Of a stretch of 64,000 bases of DNA, positions 1-21,670 are shown in pieces. Position 1 is the first letter of the stretch. Every line of letters starts with the position of its first letter. Made by a program: the position numbers and the translations under genes. This DNA comes from Amoebidium appalachense (lineage: Eukaryota; Protista; Ichthyosporea): NCBI GenBank assembly GCA_963693365.1, contig CAVNZM010000019.1, forward strand, positions 6,772-70,771. Direction: 5' to 3'. A model generated the notes under the pieces. That model made no database searches and was not told the DNA's origin. It was given only the letters and a program-made list of their open reading frames with translations.

Positions 1-769
1 TCTAAATCGAGTGCACTAAAGCCCGAGTCTTCACAGATGGTCACCCATACAAATAGGAAGGGAAAGTACAAATTAGACGAATACTAGCCTTTGCTAACAA
101 ACTTGAAGAACTATTGTGGTAACAAACTTGAAGAACTATTGTGTAGTGCAACAAGACATGCACGCCCACCCGTTCACCTACATGTCTTGAAGGTTTGAGG
201 CGGGACCGAGTCATGATTCTTCGGGAGAATCCACTCGCAGTCTCTGAATATGCTACACCAAGTTGGTGCTGGGATAAAACGTAGCGTACTTGCACAGCGG
301 ATCCTTTTGTGCTTTGCACATGTCTTGGCAATCGGTGGCGTTCTGTCCCGTCGGAAGTATCATGCCCATAATAACGTTGGCACGCGGCGGACTGTCCATA
401 CAACTGCAGTTTGTGCGTGGGAAGGAACCTGTTGGTCGGTCACGGGGGTTGATTTACGTAATTAGTCTTAAATACCTCAAAGTATGATTTGAAATTTCCA
501 GTACTATGATCAAATAGATATTAAAGGTCTTCATGTTTGTTTTGAAGGGTCAGAAGCCGAATTGGATGTGGAATGTTGCCAAATCAGATCGTTGTGTCTG
601 TGTGTCTATGTGTGTATGACAAGGCTACCTCAAATTGTTTTTGTGTGTGTGCAACCATGTGTGTGTGAAGGGGGGTAGGGGTGGGGTGGAGGTGTGGCAA
701 AATTTACGTATTTGAATTTTCCTTGAGCGACACTTGATGGAAGGCGGAACACGTTACATCCTCCAATAG

Positions 770-1268
770 AATTATGACTTTTATCTTTGAAGAAAAAATA
801 CAGGGTCTTTACAATCTCAACGTCATGTTAGAATTATGACTTTTAACTTTGAAGATCTTCGAAAAAATACAGGGTCTTTACAATCTCAACGTCACGTTAA
901 AATTATGACTTTTAACTTTGAAGATCTTCGTTAAGTCTGAGACTCCCTGCTCATCAGTGCAGGAACAAATGCAAATGAAACACAGAATTATGACTTTTAA
1001 TACAATCTCAACGTCACGTTAAAATTATGACTTTTAACTTTGAAGATCTTCGTTAAGTCTGAGACTCCCTGCTCATCAGTGCAGGAACAAATGCAAATGA
1101 AACACAGAATTATGACTTTTAACTTTGAAGATCTTCGTTAAGTCTGAGACTCCCTGCTCATCAGTGCAGGAACAAATGCAAATGAAACACAGAATTATGA
1201 CTTTTAACTTTGAAGAAAAAAATGAGACTCCCTGCTCATCAGTGCAGGAACAAATGCAAATGAAACAC
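770..1268. repeat. Compound intronic minisatellite (units of about 85 bp); also at 17910-18408
   Basis: Recurring aattatgacttttaactttgaaga and gagactccctgctcatcagtgcaggaac. Confidence 0.9.
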
Positions 1269-1635
1269 GGCCAACCACAAGTCTTATAAACAATGTTTTC
1301 TCTTTTCTCTTCTGTTCAGCAGGCACATTGACACGCACACGTACCGTTTGCTGGGATCGCATCTGTATGGCAGATGTAACAGGGGTCACCCATGCCGGAT
1401 GATGCATCAGATCGGTTTGTTGCATGTATCATTGTGTGTGTGGTGTGTGTGGTGTGTGTGTGTGGGGGGGGGGGGGGGGGGGGGGGGGGGGTGCGTGCGT
1501 GCATGTGCATGTGTTAATGGGGTGTTGGTCACGTGCGCATCGGTCGAGGTGCGGAGAAGTTAATGAAGGGAGCCGTTGATACTATAGTGCCAAAAGCGTG
1601 GGTGAGTGGGTGGGTGGGTGGGTGGGTGGGTGGGT

Positions 1636-1667
<32 letters not shown>

Positions 1668-1804
1668 AGGTGAAGATGGGACTTCGTCTGAGCTACAATC
1701 TGCGTGAGGATCTTGGCCCCATTCCATGAATGGGATGCCATTCAGTCTATCTACATCGCCGGTGCTACACTTTCATCATTGAAACACAAACACACACACA
1801 CTGT

Positions 1805-2012
<208 letters not shown>

Positions 2013-2113
2013 TAAACACCGACAATGATGAAAAACTTCAAGACGGTGTTGTGGCAAGGCGCCTTGAAGGGTGGATGGAAATGCGTTGAGTGGGTGTTGT
2101 TCTTTTTTGTTTC

Positions 2114-2147
<34 letters not shown>

Positions 2148-4324
2148 GGGTGGGGGGGGGGGGGGGGGGGGGGACCCACTGGCAGGGACGGCCATGGTTG
2201 GATCTGTAGGGTTAAATGGCTAGTCAGTAATGTAACCAGCAGGGAGGGAGAAGATAGGCCCTGACCGAAGAGTGGGTTATGGGGGAAAAAAGGAAAGATT
2301 GAAAAATCTCTCTATGTGCTCTTTAAGCGATGCCATAGCCAAGTTGGCAAAATGTAAATCATTTCAGCTCGTGTTTCCATGGTTGCAAGAGATAGATGCG
2401 ATCCTAAAACCTGACATAATTGACACAAGAGAGGAAGAAGAAGGGCCGCATGTGCCATCTGGATGACAAGGCATTCAAGAATACAAGGGCAACAGCACGG
2501 GAGAAACAGAGATAATGGGAACACGTGTTCGGGATTCCGGACTTCGTGTATATACACAATCATGTACACACACACACACACACTATCCACACACACGCAC
2601 TAGTGTGCGCATACACGCAAAAAGGAAGAAAAGTGACAGGGGCGTATAAGAGCAAAGACCGTCACCGGAGAGAAGAACGGAGAGGCCCAGTCTGGAATCA
2701 TGGCTGGAAAAAACAGGAATTTTTCGAACGACATGTCGAGGCAAAGAGAGATAAAGCTGGATGGAAAATTGAACAGGGCTACACGGCCCGGAGAGCCAAT
2801 GAGACTCTGAAAGAGGTTACACTTACAGAGGTCGTATGTGACTGTGTCATTTGACGTAGGAATAATGGTGTCGCACGTCTTCCAACCCGTACACCAACCA
2901 ATGCTTGAATTGTAAGTGTAGTAGGTACAGCCAAGCACACCCAGGCAGGTGTCTCGGCACGTTAGGTAGTTGCTGCTTCCTGAATAAGAAGAAACATTCC
3001 TGTCGAGGACTCTGTTGCCGTAGGGGGGGTCCATGGCGCACTGATAGCCCGCCAGCGGAAAGGTATACACCGCTGTTTGAAAAGCACATTCACGCCGTTA
3101 GTGTTCCCGGGGTTTATGGTTCAGAGCTCGAGGCCCAAGTTCCCCAACAGAGGTGCTGCAATGATGCATTATTTGGCCAGGTTCCACGTCAGTAACATAA
3201 TGGTACTGCCATACAGTATGATATACTGTGATCATAGTGGTTGAAAAAGCGTTGTGCAAGTAAAACACATGACTTGGGCAAATAGTCCAATGTCTGCTCA
3301 CTCTCAGAACTATAAAAAAATACGTGAAACAGACTCCAATTCAAAACAAAGAGGGATTTCTTGCTACACTGTCAGTGTCACCACAGCTATGGTCGCCGGC
3401 TATGACCAAACCCGCTACTAGTAGAACGGTAGCAGCTGTATGTGACTCGATAATAGGTTAATGCTATATACCCAGCTACACACGCGTACGGCAACACTAT
3501 ATATTAGTTATCATGATAGAGTCTTTATTGATCAATATATCATCGGATTCCATCCGCAAAGACTCACTAAAAGAGCTGCTGCTACCTCAACGGTACTTAA
3601 AGTTTCAAAATATAGCAACATAGATCATAGACTCTCGGGGACTCTGCACCTGTATGCACTAATGATGCCATGTATGATGTGACTTACATGCTGCGGTGGC
3701 CAGTTGTGTATTGAAGAGCAGACCGAGTAGGAGGGTGGCTGTGGCCACCCAGTGCACCAGTGTCTGACGCTTCATTCTCAGGCCCGGGCCTCTGCTACGA
3801 TAGAAAAAAAACATTGAGTGCTTTTAGACTAGTCTAGCTGCAGCATTGTATGCATAATAACCACTATACTATTGGCGCCGCACAGCCCTTCATTAACTAA
3901 ACACTGTACATATGTCGGGGGGTGCCTGACTCACATTTACTACATCACGGGACAGTTTCAAAGTGAACTGGGACACTAGTGCAATGGACACGGTTGTGCG
4001 GGCATCTACCATGATATTGATGGCTGCCCGTTGGACTATACATTTGAGGCTATTTACAAGCCAGGCGGCTTGTGCTGCACATCTCTCGTGCAGCTACATC
4101 ATCATACCGTGTACATGTAACACTACTGAGTGGCATGGTGGTGCAGTCACACAACACCATGTGCGTGGGTAGGCGTGTGCATGTGTGTGTGTCATGTGTG
4201 TGTGTGTGTTTTTGTGTGCGTGTGTGCGTGTGTGCGTGTGTGTGTGTGGTGTGTGTGTGTGTGTGTGTGTGTTTGTCATTATGTGTACGTACGCACATGC
4301 ACACCGTCACTACGTACACATAAC

Positions 4325-4841
4325 GACACATTTATTCAAGTATGGATTACATTATGTATTACGGAGCTAACAACACATTTATTCAAGTATGGATTACATT
4401 TTGTATTACGGAGCTCCTAGTAGCTATAGAGTGGTCGGCATGGTGGGGGTGGCAGCTTACCAAGGCGTGATAGCGTTTGGTTATGGCGTTTCAAACCTGA
4501 AATGTCGAGAAACGAGGGATCCGGAGACATACCCTCGGCAGAGCTTGGCTTCGAATGCTGATTCAAACAAACTTGAACTGCTCTTTGCTGCATTAATTCA
4601 GGAGTTATATGTTTGTTTATGTGTCGAGAAGGTACACCGCACATGCAAAATCGATCCAAACCCCGCATTGATTGGTCGAGAGGCTCTGCGGCACGCAGAT
4701 GGAATTCGATCCCAATAAAACGAATACCGCACTGACATAGAATTAGCCATTCAGATTCCAAATAAAAATAAAAAAATAAAAAATAAAAAATAAAAAATTG
4801 TATCTCCACCGTATGGCATATGATGTCTATTAGATTTTGAT
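4325..4841 (+). repeat. About 0.5-kb repeat with an A-rich tract; its second copy (5355-5791 + 10211-10289) is split by the LINE
   Basis: Direct sequence match, an internal tandem of about 47 bp, and an (AAAAAT)n tract. Confidence 0.9.
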
Positions 4842-5953
4842 TCGTTATATCTCCACTTAAAAAAAATTGTATCATGTAAGTGTAACACCTATTTCATTAG
4901 ATGTATATCTTGTTGGGTGAAAGGACTGTTGACCTTGGTGCCGATAACTCATCACAGCTCACATGTCGTTAATAAACAGCACATTCTCCCCCAATCAGAT
5001 TCGCGAGCGAAAAAACAAAAAAAAAAAAATTAATTTTTATTTATTTTTCTTTAACCTCATTTCCATTCTCCCCTCAGATTCGCGAGCGAATAAAAATTAG
5101 GTATGCGATTGAGTAGTTTGGCTCTCGCAGCTCTCGCACCTACGTGGATTGTTCTCTGAACTTTGTCTCGCCGAGTCGGTGCTCTAATATTAACTCTCTC
5201 TTTCCAAAAAGATTGAGATCCGAGTTGGCTCTGATTATAATCATTTCGCCTTCACCATATATGTCTCTTCTCGGAGTGATTAAATTTTCTAAAACTCCCT
5301 ACACCGGGTTTAGACCACTTACCGCTGTGCACTGTATGGCCAGAGTAGACTTTAGACACATTTATTCAAGTATGGATTACATTATGTATTACGGAGCTAA
5401 CAACACATTTATTCAAGTATGGATTACATTATGTATTACGGAGCTCCTGGTAGCTATAGAGTGGTCGGCATGGTGGGGGTGGCAGCTTACCAAGGCGTGA
5501 TAGCGTTTGGTTATGGCGTTTCAAACCTGAAATGTCGAGAAACGAGGGATCCGGAGACATGCCCTCGGCAGAGCTTGGCTTCGAATGCTGATTCAAACAA
5601 ACTTGAACTGCTCTTTGCTGCATTAATTTAGGAGTTATATGTTTGTTTATGTGTCGAGAAGGTACACCGCACATGTAAAATCGATCCAAACCCCGCATTG
5701 ATTGGTCGAGAGGCTCTGCGGCACGCAGATGGAATTCGATCCCAATAAAACGAATACCGCACTTACATAGAATTAGCCATTCAGATTCCAAGGGGGTTTA
5801 CACACTTTTTATTGCGTGGACACTGCCGGAGGCCCAGCCACATTCGACGGCCTACTGCGTTTTCCAGCACAGCCAATCAAATGCAGCCAGTGACATATGT
5901 ACATGCTAGGCAACAATGAGCGCCATCGTAGTATCTGACACCCCTATTACATA

Positions 5954-8900
5954 TTATGGGTAAGCAGAGGCTAGCATCGGTAGCTCCGAAAGAAAGTTAA
6001 GGCACCGGATCACAATATCATACTGTGCAGCATAAATAAGGTGATCTAGGATAGTCATCTTAAAACGGATATATTGAGGAAGAGAGGAAGAAAAGAGAAT
6101 AAAACCGCCAATAACCTCCGGTTCTAATACATTAGCTAACAGGTTGCATTTATTGATAGATATGCAGCCGCGAGTAAACCGCCCCCCACACATATTACAC
6201 ATACGAGCAGGAGACACCAGAAACCGATTACACCGCCAAGCCATAATCATCTTTGCGTTTTTACACCACACCACATTACGAATAAACGAATCTATGTATG
6301 AACGAGACTCTCTAACCGTATCCGCCATATAGGCTACTAGTAGTTGGTGTTTTTGCGGTCCTAACACCGGAAGGGACTCAACACGTAGAGTAAAAAGATA
6401 TCTATCAGCCATAGACTTGAAACTATTCATATTCACACTATGATCTAGCCGTACCTCCGGGGGGGTCGCCAGCCATTCCACAAAACGCTCGGCAATGGGC
6501 AGAGACGATGGGGAAGGGAAGAGGTAGAGGGGCGAGTCCGGTGGGGATGCGTGTAGCGGGGAGAGCGGGTGGTCCGGGGCACAAGCGGACAGGCGGGTGA
6601 TGTGCTCGTGAAATTTAAGGGCTAATTCGTGTACGCGTTGTGATGGTGGTGTGAGTGCGTAGAGAGAATCAAAAAGGCGTCTAGGGATAGGTGTGGAAAG
6701 ACCAGTGAGAAGCGTACAACAAGTTGTGTAGTGGAAATCATCTATTGATTTGAGGACATTAGTAACAGTATCAGGGGGTGCCATAGCTAGTAAGGGCAAC
6801 CCGTATTCAGACAAAGGGCGAATATATGTGCGAAATATACTAAGACGATTGTATAGGTGGACAGTATGAGAAAGAGTAGCAAGATACACATCCCTAAATA
6901 ACCGAAGACACCTGCCTGCACTCTCCACCCGACGGTCGATCATCCGTTTGAAACATATGCCCCATTCGTCCACCGGAATCCCCAAATACTTGTATTCGAT
7001 TGGGCGAGGGAGGGGACTGCCGAAGATACAAACGTCGTCCCATGCCGGTATCGATTTTGATAAAAGGGCACACTTTTTGACATTAATCTGCATATCGTTG
7101 CGCTGGCACCAATGTTCAGCCACACGAATGTATTGCCGTAGTTCGAGAGGATCGGATGACATAAGCACAATATCGTCGGCAAAAAAGAGGGCGGGGGGAG
7201 CCTGGGATGGCAACCGCCCGTCAATTTGTGACGCAGAAAGAGTGTCGGCTAAATCATCAATATACAGGTTGAAAAGAAGAGGACTTAGCAGGGACCCTTG
7301 AAGTACCCCGCGCGTGCGGGTAAACCCTGGGGATAGCCGCCCATTAACCACAGCTCGTCCGCGTGTAAACGTAAACATAGCTTCCAGTAGCCGACCCATT
7401 TGGAATGGGACACCGCGAGTGGCCAACTTGGCCCACAGGGGAGGGAGGTCGACCGTGTCGTACGCGTTCTTAAAATCGATAAATACGAGGTGCTCGGTAT
7501 CACTTTGAGTTGCATTATGTAGAGTGAGGATTTGTGCGTAACATGAGTGTCGATGCCGAAACGCCGCCTGAAGAGGGCTCAGCTGGGAAGCCTGCTTAAG
7601 GGTGGGGTTACGGGAAAAGGCCTGTAAAAGGCCACTTTCGAATAATCGGCGAAAAACGGACGTAAGGGTGATAGGGCGAAATTCGTGGATGGGACCCTGT
7701 GCAACCGTTTTCTTGATGGGAAACACTAAGGTGGCTAGCCACTCCGAGGGCACTTTACCGACATCAGAATACCAGCTAAACAACTCGCTAAGAATACATG
7801 TAAGTGGTGGCGGCGGGCCACGCTTTTCGTCTTTCTCGGGTCGGGGTGGGATGAGTACCTTAAGTAGTGCCATAGGGATGCCGTCCGGCCCGCACGCTTT
7901 GCGGGACGGGTAACGGGAGACTAACTGCCATACCGCATCTGGGGTAAAAAGTTCCCCCAATTCAGCCCCAAACTCAGCCGGCCCCGCTGGCCACGCCGTG
8001 TGTGGTGGTGGTGGTGTGTCGGAGGGTGGAACAAAAACAGGAGGGGGCGCCTGCCCCAGGTCCGTGGCCGTACATGTCGGGTTACGTTTAAACAGGGTGC
8101 CGTAAAAGGAATCGGTTGCAGATTCCGGGTCGGATGACGGGTCGGCCGTTATTCGAATCGAATGATCGCCGCGATCAATCTTCCGAATATTACCCAATAG
8201 CATGTGATACGGTAGAGGCTTACGTAAGGCAGCCTCCGTTCGAGGGCCGCGAGTGTGTGTAGTTCGTGCTTGTGGGTAAACTTGGGCACCTAAACAGGCA
8301 TATCCACCTATGTCCCACAAGGTTTCTCGTACTGTAGACCAGACGCTATCGATGAAGGTCTGGTCGGTGCGTAGCGGGGTTTGGCGTCCATCACGCTTGT
8401 CAAGCGATAATAGACTCGGTTGCACCGTCTGGAAAAAGAAGCGAGTGTCTGCTTGGCCGCGCTGGCTTTTAAGTTCGTGTACGTTAAGTCGGTAAGTGTG
8501 TTGTGGTGACGGCGTAGAAAGGCTAAGTGTAGTGCGAAAGACTATAGGTAGGTGGTCTGACGGTGGTGGGTGTACTCAGTGTTGTGGTGTATGTGTAAGG
8601 TGCAAGGACCAGAGGCTGCCCCCCAGTCCGTGCGGTGTTCTTGTACTACAGATGGAAGAGTAAGGCGTAAGGCTGTAACAAAAGTGTGAAAGGTTGGCGT
8701 GCGTGGGTGGTTGGGTTTAAGTAGGGCCTGTGGGTGGCCGTGTAGGGGGTGTGGGGTGGTAATTAGCGGGCTATTAAAGTCTCCTAACACTAGTGTGGGG
8801 TTATGTGGGGCGATGGTGTTAAGTTCGTGTTTAAGTGCTAGCAGTGGAAGGCTAGGTGGAAAATAAACAAAAGTGCATATATGGCCACAAACTGAGATGG

Positions 8901-9165
8901 TGAGTGTGTGTATTGTACGTGCTATAACTGAACAGTGGTTAACAAAGTGGGAGGCGGCGATGAACACTATGCCGGAGTGAGGCTTGTGGCCCACAGGCTG
9001 AGTAGACTCGCCCACGAGCCGTCCAGACCGACGAAGTGTGGCGTGGTCTCGCCACCACGTTTCTGCGACAACAATAAACGGGAACTCCTGTTGGGATAAC
9101 GAAAGAAGAAACTGTGCTTTACTCTTATTTAGACTACGAGCATTCCAGAAAAGAAAGGAGAGCAT
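5954..9165 (-). CDS. LINE ORF2 endonuclease-reverse transcriptase with one frameshift at about 8568-8570
   Basis: APE motifs WNARSL, VAETW, LGDFNS and, in the shifted frame, PSDHLPI, which is contiguous with the 823-aa RT ORF (GPDG, FRPITL, IDFKNAYD, GVLQGSLLSP, FADD, YKYLG, C-terminal CNMC..C..C). Confidence 0.92.
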
Positions 9166-9167
9166 GC

Positions 9168-10209
9168 TTACTGGGAGTTGGCTGGTGCGGCGGTGGGGTC
9201 GTAGGGCTTGCTGAAGACCTGCACGTGCTGAGCCTCCCAGTAGGCACGCACCTCAGCTGCTGTTTTGGCCCGGCTGTCGTGTGCCGGGTAAAGTGTGGCT
9301 GCCTTGACAGCCCATGCGTGGGCGTTGGCCATTCTTGCAAGCACCCGGCGTTGCCAAGAGGCCCGGGCAGCGGCCTCTGCGTCAGCACGGTTAAGTGTGG
9401 TGTTGTAGGGAGCCGTAGGATCGAAGTCTGCGAGAAAGGTGGCGTCGGTAGCACGTTGGATGATGTTTATGAGGGTATCACGGTAGCCGGCACGCACAAT
9501 GAACACTGTGTAGCGACGGCCAATGAAGAGCATGTCGGGAATCATTCGGTTGAGGACACCGAGGGTGTAAAGACGGTCACGCATGGTGCTGATGTTGGCC
9601 GGCACCATGGTGAAGGCTGCAGTGGTCAACTCGGACTCGTCGGTACCCTGAGGGGCAGGGTCAGACGCCACCCGAGGGCGGCGGGTTGGGTGCAGTGCTG
9701 ACGCTGCGGCAAGGGCTGCCAAAGCCTGGGTAGCCCCGTGGGTCTGGGCCACCGACTCGGCATACGTTTTGACTTTCTCGGACACGTACACGGTCTTGGC
9801 GTCCACCGTAGTGCGGTACACCTTAGGATTCGTTGTGGGTATGAACTTGGGAGACCCCGGTGGGGTGGGTAACCCATCGGGGGCTGCCTGTGCTGCAGGG
9901 GCCGGGCCCGCGTGGGCAGGGCCGGTGGGGGTTGCCCGGTCAGCTTCCAGCTGCCGTAAGCGCGTCTCCATTTGCTGAACAAGGAGGTCTGTGTGGTCCT
10001 GTTTGGCTTTATACTCAGCTACTTGGGTTGTTAAGTCGGAGACTTGGGTGCGGAGCTGCTCATGATGCGCCATAAGTTTGAGCACGGATTTCCTAGCCTT
10101 CTCGGGTATCAAGTGCAGTTGTTCTTTCGTAATAAAACTACTTGCTGGCGGCACGGCCGGTGGCGCTTTAACCTCGGGAAAGGGAACCTGTTCCGCTCGG
10201 CTCTGTTTA
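9168..10209 (-). CDS. LINE ORF1 (coiled-coil, nucleic-acid chaperone-like), N-terminus truncated
   Basis: 328+ aa ORF with heptad segment HEQLRTQVSDLTTQVAEYK..METRLRQLE and a KTYAESVA motif. Its stop lies 2 nt before the ORF2 ATG. Confidence 0.8.
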
Positions 10210-12079
10210 GAAAAAATAAAAAAATAAAAAATAAAAAATAAAAAATTGTATCTCCACCGTATGGCATATGATGTCTATTAGATTTTGATACTGCACGTGT
10301 GAGTCTAGGTCCTTGCTTGTTATATAGAACGCATGCCGACCAATCAAACCACGCTTGAGCGTTGCAAAATTCCTTTTTCATGATCGCGGTGCCACTCCTA
10401 CCTGCCCATTCCTATTCAGTATTTAAGCTGTATTAAAGAGTAATATAATGATTTTTACCATTTATTTATACATTATATTTATTATTTGTAGATTATATGT
10501 ACAATGTTGACCGTAACTACATACATGCTCCTTAGCGTCCTTTGCTTTGTCACCAATATGTGAGCCGAAAATTCCCATTTACCCGCATATTTCTTAGTTC
10601 TCGTCTATGATTGGTTCACGTAAACAAGTTCTTATCGCTTTGTTACCATCTTGCCACCCGCCGCACTGATCAGTTTCAGATGACGAGTGGCTCACACGCT
10701 GTGCAGTACAGCGGCCAACGCAGTTTGTTGCCGTTTTTCACTTTTTTACGGCTGAAAACCGGCAAAAGCGCGTCCTTCCTGTGTCGCATAAAGACAAACA
10801 ACCATAGGTCAAATTTTGCACATAAGCTTGTAAGCCAATGACCTTGGGGTTTACCAAGTTTCAACTCGATCTGACATTGGGTTGTCACGCTACAGTGTCA
10901 CCAATTTTCGGGTAGCACCTCAAACCAAGAAAAGGTACCATCGCTTTTGTGAGCTTTGCCAAAAAACCCAATGTCAGAATTGATTGAAAATTTACAGAAT
11001 AAGAGTTTACATATATATTTAGTACGTAGCAAATTTTGGTGGAAAACTGTTAGAGACTTCTCTCTCCACAATTTCTCAAATTATATGCAAAATGTTCGGG
11101 TCGGGGACTTTTGGCCCGATTTGCCGGCCCGGCCGGGCGGGCCATCATAGCGAACCGGCCGACGTGCTCGGATCAGATTTCACATATCACTAGATCGATC
11201 TTGATTGGCTCGGATCGGTAGGCTTAGGTATATAAGCACGACAGTTTTTAGCAGATCAGCAAGCTACAAACACATCTTCTGTGTTGAGCACCTACAGCCC
11301 TCACAGCTATATTTTCTTTTCACCCACCCACCTACACCCACACTCAACCCCCATTGATCCACACATACGTGCTGTTTTTTCACGGGGCGAAGACTTCCCC
11401 CGTTTTTTGGGCACAAGGACCTCACGGATCAATAAATTGATGACTGGGGGCTTGCCGTGGTTTACAACCATTGCAGGTTCACTTTCGTCCAAGGGGATGT
11501 CCCCCTAGAGGCAACACACGTCCCGGAGTAGTTTTCATAGAGCAGTGAAAAGTGAGAAATTTATTCCAGAGGCATACGTTGGAAAAACCAACCCCCCCCC
11601 CCCCCCCCCATTTTCCCGTACCATCTGTCTGCTCCCCATAACCGCTTGTGTGCAATTTCTTTTGTGCCACAAACAGGTGGCTGTGTGAGTTCATGTGCTT
11701 GTGTTTGTGTACATGCACATGTGTGTATAAGCATGTACGTATGTGTGTGTGTGTGTCTGTGTGCGCGCGGGGCGCATGTGTACCTGTTGCTTTGTGCCTT
11801 TTTTTTTCTTCGTGTGTGCGAGAGGGGGGAAGGGGGATGGGGGGAGGGGGGGAAGCAACGGTGTGATGTAGATAGACAAACACATGCTTGGACCTACACA
11901 TCGACAACAGAGTTATCACAACGTTGACAGCACACACAAATTTTACGAAGGACACACACGAGAATGATAAAACACAACTAATTCCATCATCCCCCCCCCC
12001 CCCCCCCCCCCCCCCATCTCTCTCTCTCTCTCTCCAGGAGAAGGGGAGTAGAGGGAAGGAAAGAGGAGAGAGGTGAGGA

Positions 12080-12475
12080 GGGGACAGGTCGGATAGAGAA
12101 GAGAGGGTGGGAGGGCAAATACTTCTTTAAGCGGCTTATGTGCTTATTGAATTTCAGCGCGAGATGGGTTACTCTAGCAGCTATTGGGACCAGACCATAT
12201 ATCGAGAGCGTTACAGGCCCAGGTTTACAACAGTTGTTAGATAGAAAGGAGGCAACTTCTGCTTCAAGAAAATTTGCCAAGGGTTTAAGCTCTCTAGTTC
12301 TCTCTTTCTTGATCCAAGCGGCAAGAAGGGGTAAACCATATTCACATGCCGGGAAGACAAAATTTCGAATAAATGTAAGTCTAATAGAAGGATGGAGGGG
12401 GCTATCATAATGGGTTGCCGTTTTCCTCGCCCCCCGACACTTTTGGAGTACTAAGGGCCCATTATCCAAACACAA
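12080..12475 (-). mobile_element. Decayed fragment of a related LINE ORF2 (post-RT region)
   Basis: FVFPACEYGLPLLA..YGLVPIAARVTHLALKFNKHISRL..PSHPL aligns to YIRPLSEYGLPLLA..YALTPPSQRVHELALKFHEHITRL..PDHPL of the intact LINE. Confidence 0.85.
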
Positions 12476-13378
12476 GATTGGGTTAAATTAACACCCACAT
12501 AGCTCCGTCATGGTGGCTGCGCGTAGCGACTTTGGTGTGGTTATAACTCGGGAATTGTGCTGAGTGTACAAATCACACCAAAGTAAAGCTGGCCTACGTG
12601 GCTCGAATCATCAGGCGAGCCACACTGGATCGAATCATGAGGCGGGTCACACTGGCTAGAATCATGAGGCGGGCCACACTTGTAGACAAACAAACTTGCA
12701 AACATCATGAGGTAGGCACGCATAAACATGCGCACACACACTCACACACATGTGCGGGGCACACTGGCACACACACGCGTGGGCACACACACACGCGCAC
12801 ACATACACACTGACACAATCACACAGACACACATGTACTGTACACGGCACACCTGAACACCCACACACACTGTCGCACATGTGCACCTTACACACACGCA
12901 CTAACACACACCGGATCCAATTCCCGTGATTTTACCCATTGACTATATTGTAGAGAAATTAACACCCACATAGCTCCGTTGTAACATCCGTCATCGTGGC
13001 TGCGCGTAACGACTTTGGTTATAACTCGGGAATAGTGCTGAGTGTACAAATCACACCAAAGTTAACTCGGGAATAGTGCTGAGTGTACAAATCGCACCAA
13101 AGGAAAGCTGGCCTAGGTGGCTCGAATACATGTGGGTGTTACACACACGCACTAACACACACCGGATCCAATTCCCGGGATTTTACCCATTGAATTCCAT
13201 TGCGCTTTCAAAATGCGTTTCAAAAAAGGCCCTGCACATTTCCATCGGAACTGATTAAGGTACTTCAAGGGGCATACCGGGGAGAAAATCGAATGCAGCC
13301 AGTACCACCAGCCGGCCAATTAAAGTTGAACAAATATAAGCACGTCTTGCTATCGTTAACCTAAGTTCATGCAGCTAC

Positions 13379-21016
<7,638 letters not shown>

Positions 21017-21156
21017 GTCGTCTCCATCTTCATTTCCGTCGCCGCCAGCGCCACACATGCCATCGATGCCACCTTTGAGTGGGCCTGGTAGATCGTTTTG
21101 ATTGGTCGAGCCCGCATTGCTCCGCATCATCATTGGAATGTGCACATGAGTCATTG

Positions 21157-21594
21157 TCATAGTACTCCTGTGGGGTCAAAGTAGCTGTTTTCGTCGTCAC
21201 TAGAATTGGCGTGTTTTCTTGCAGGTATAACACGTTTGAGAGGCCAAACAGGCGGAGTGTAAATGTGGTTATGTGTATTGCAAATAATGTTTTTAACAAC
21301 GCGGGATGTATAGTAATGTAGCATATAGTGTCCGACTGGTTTAGTGTGGAATGTGTTCGCGCATACCAAAGGATGCGTTGCGGCCATGATGACGGCGGTA
21401 AGGAGAAGCGAGTGGGCCAGCAGCGAAGCAGCTTCAGACGTAGCAATTTGGACAATAATGCTTCCGTAAATCCATGTCGAGGTCAGTAATAAAAGTGTGA
21501 TGTAGGCAATGAAAAAAATAATGAATTCAAAGCTGGCTGCGTGTATGGTTAGATGCAGCAGCACGTTGCGCACTTTGGGACCTGCCAAAGCCAT
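21157..21594 (-). CDS. Hypothetical 145-aa membrane protein (2-3 hydrophobic segments)
   Basis: ATG lies 2 nt after the acceptor CAACACAG (21597). MALAGPKVRNVLLHLTIHAASFEFIIFFIAYITLLLLTSTWIYGSII..LLAHSLLLTAVIMAA. No recognised family. Confidence 0.4.
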   Translation of the reverse strand: MALAGPKVRNVLLHLTIHAASFEFIIFFIAYITLLLLTSTWIYGSIIVQIATSEAASLLAHSLLLTAVIMAATHPLVCANTFHTKPVGHYMLHYYTSRVVKNIICNTHNHIYTPPVWPLKRVIPARKHANSSDDENSYFDPTGVL

Positions 21595-21670
21595 TCCTGT
21601 GTTGGAGTAGAATGGTATGCACCTCCACCAGTGTTGAATCGTCACTGGAATGGTATGCACCTCCACCAGT

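Larger units (their letters stand above)
5792..10210 (-). mobile_element. Non-LTR retrotransposon (LINE: ORF1 + APE-RT ORF2), 5'-truncated
   Basis: Boundaries are defined by the empty site in the duplicate host repeat (cagattccaa|ataaaa at about 4760). The 3' UTR has AATAAA and ends TAAACCCCC. The ORF1 frame is open up to the 5' junction. Confidence 0.95.

Noticed and set aside
770-1268. Minisatellite with CTGATGA on the minus strand, as hammerhead, box C/D RNA or CRISPR array
   Set aside because: CTGATGA sits in a simple hairpin loop with no properly placed GAAA or stems; units are tandem without unique spacers; no cas genes; eukaryotic context.
4417-5791. ORFs in the 0.5-kb repeat
   Set aside because: No recognisable motifs, and the plus-strand ORF stops differ between the two copies.
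11490-11510. GGGGATGTCCCC-CTAG as a Helitron 3' end
   Set aside because: The hairpin abuts CTAG, the next base is not T, and no matching 5' end was identified.
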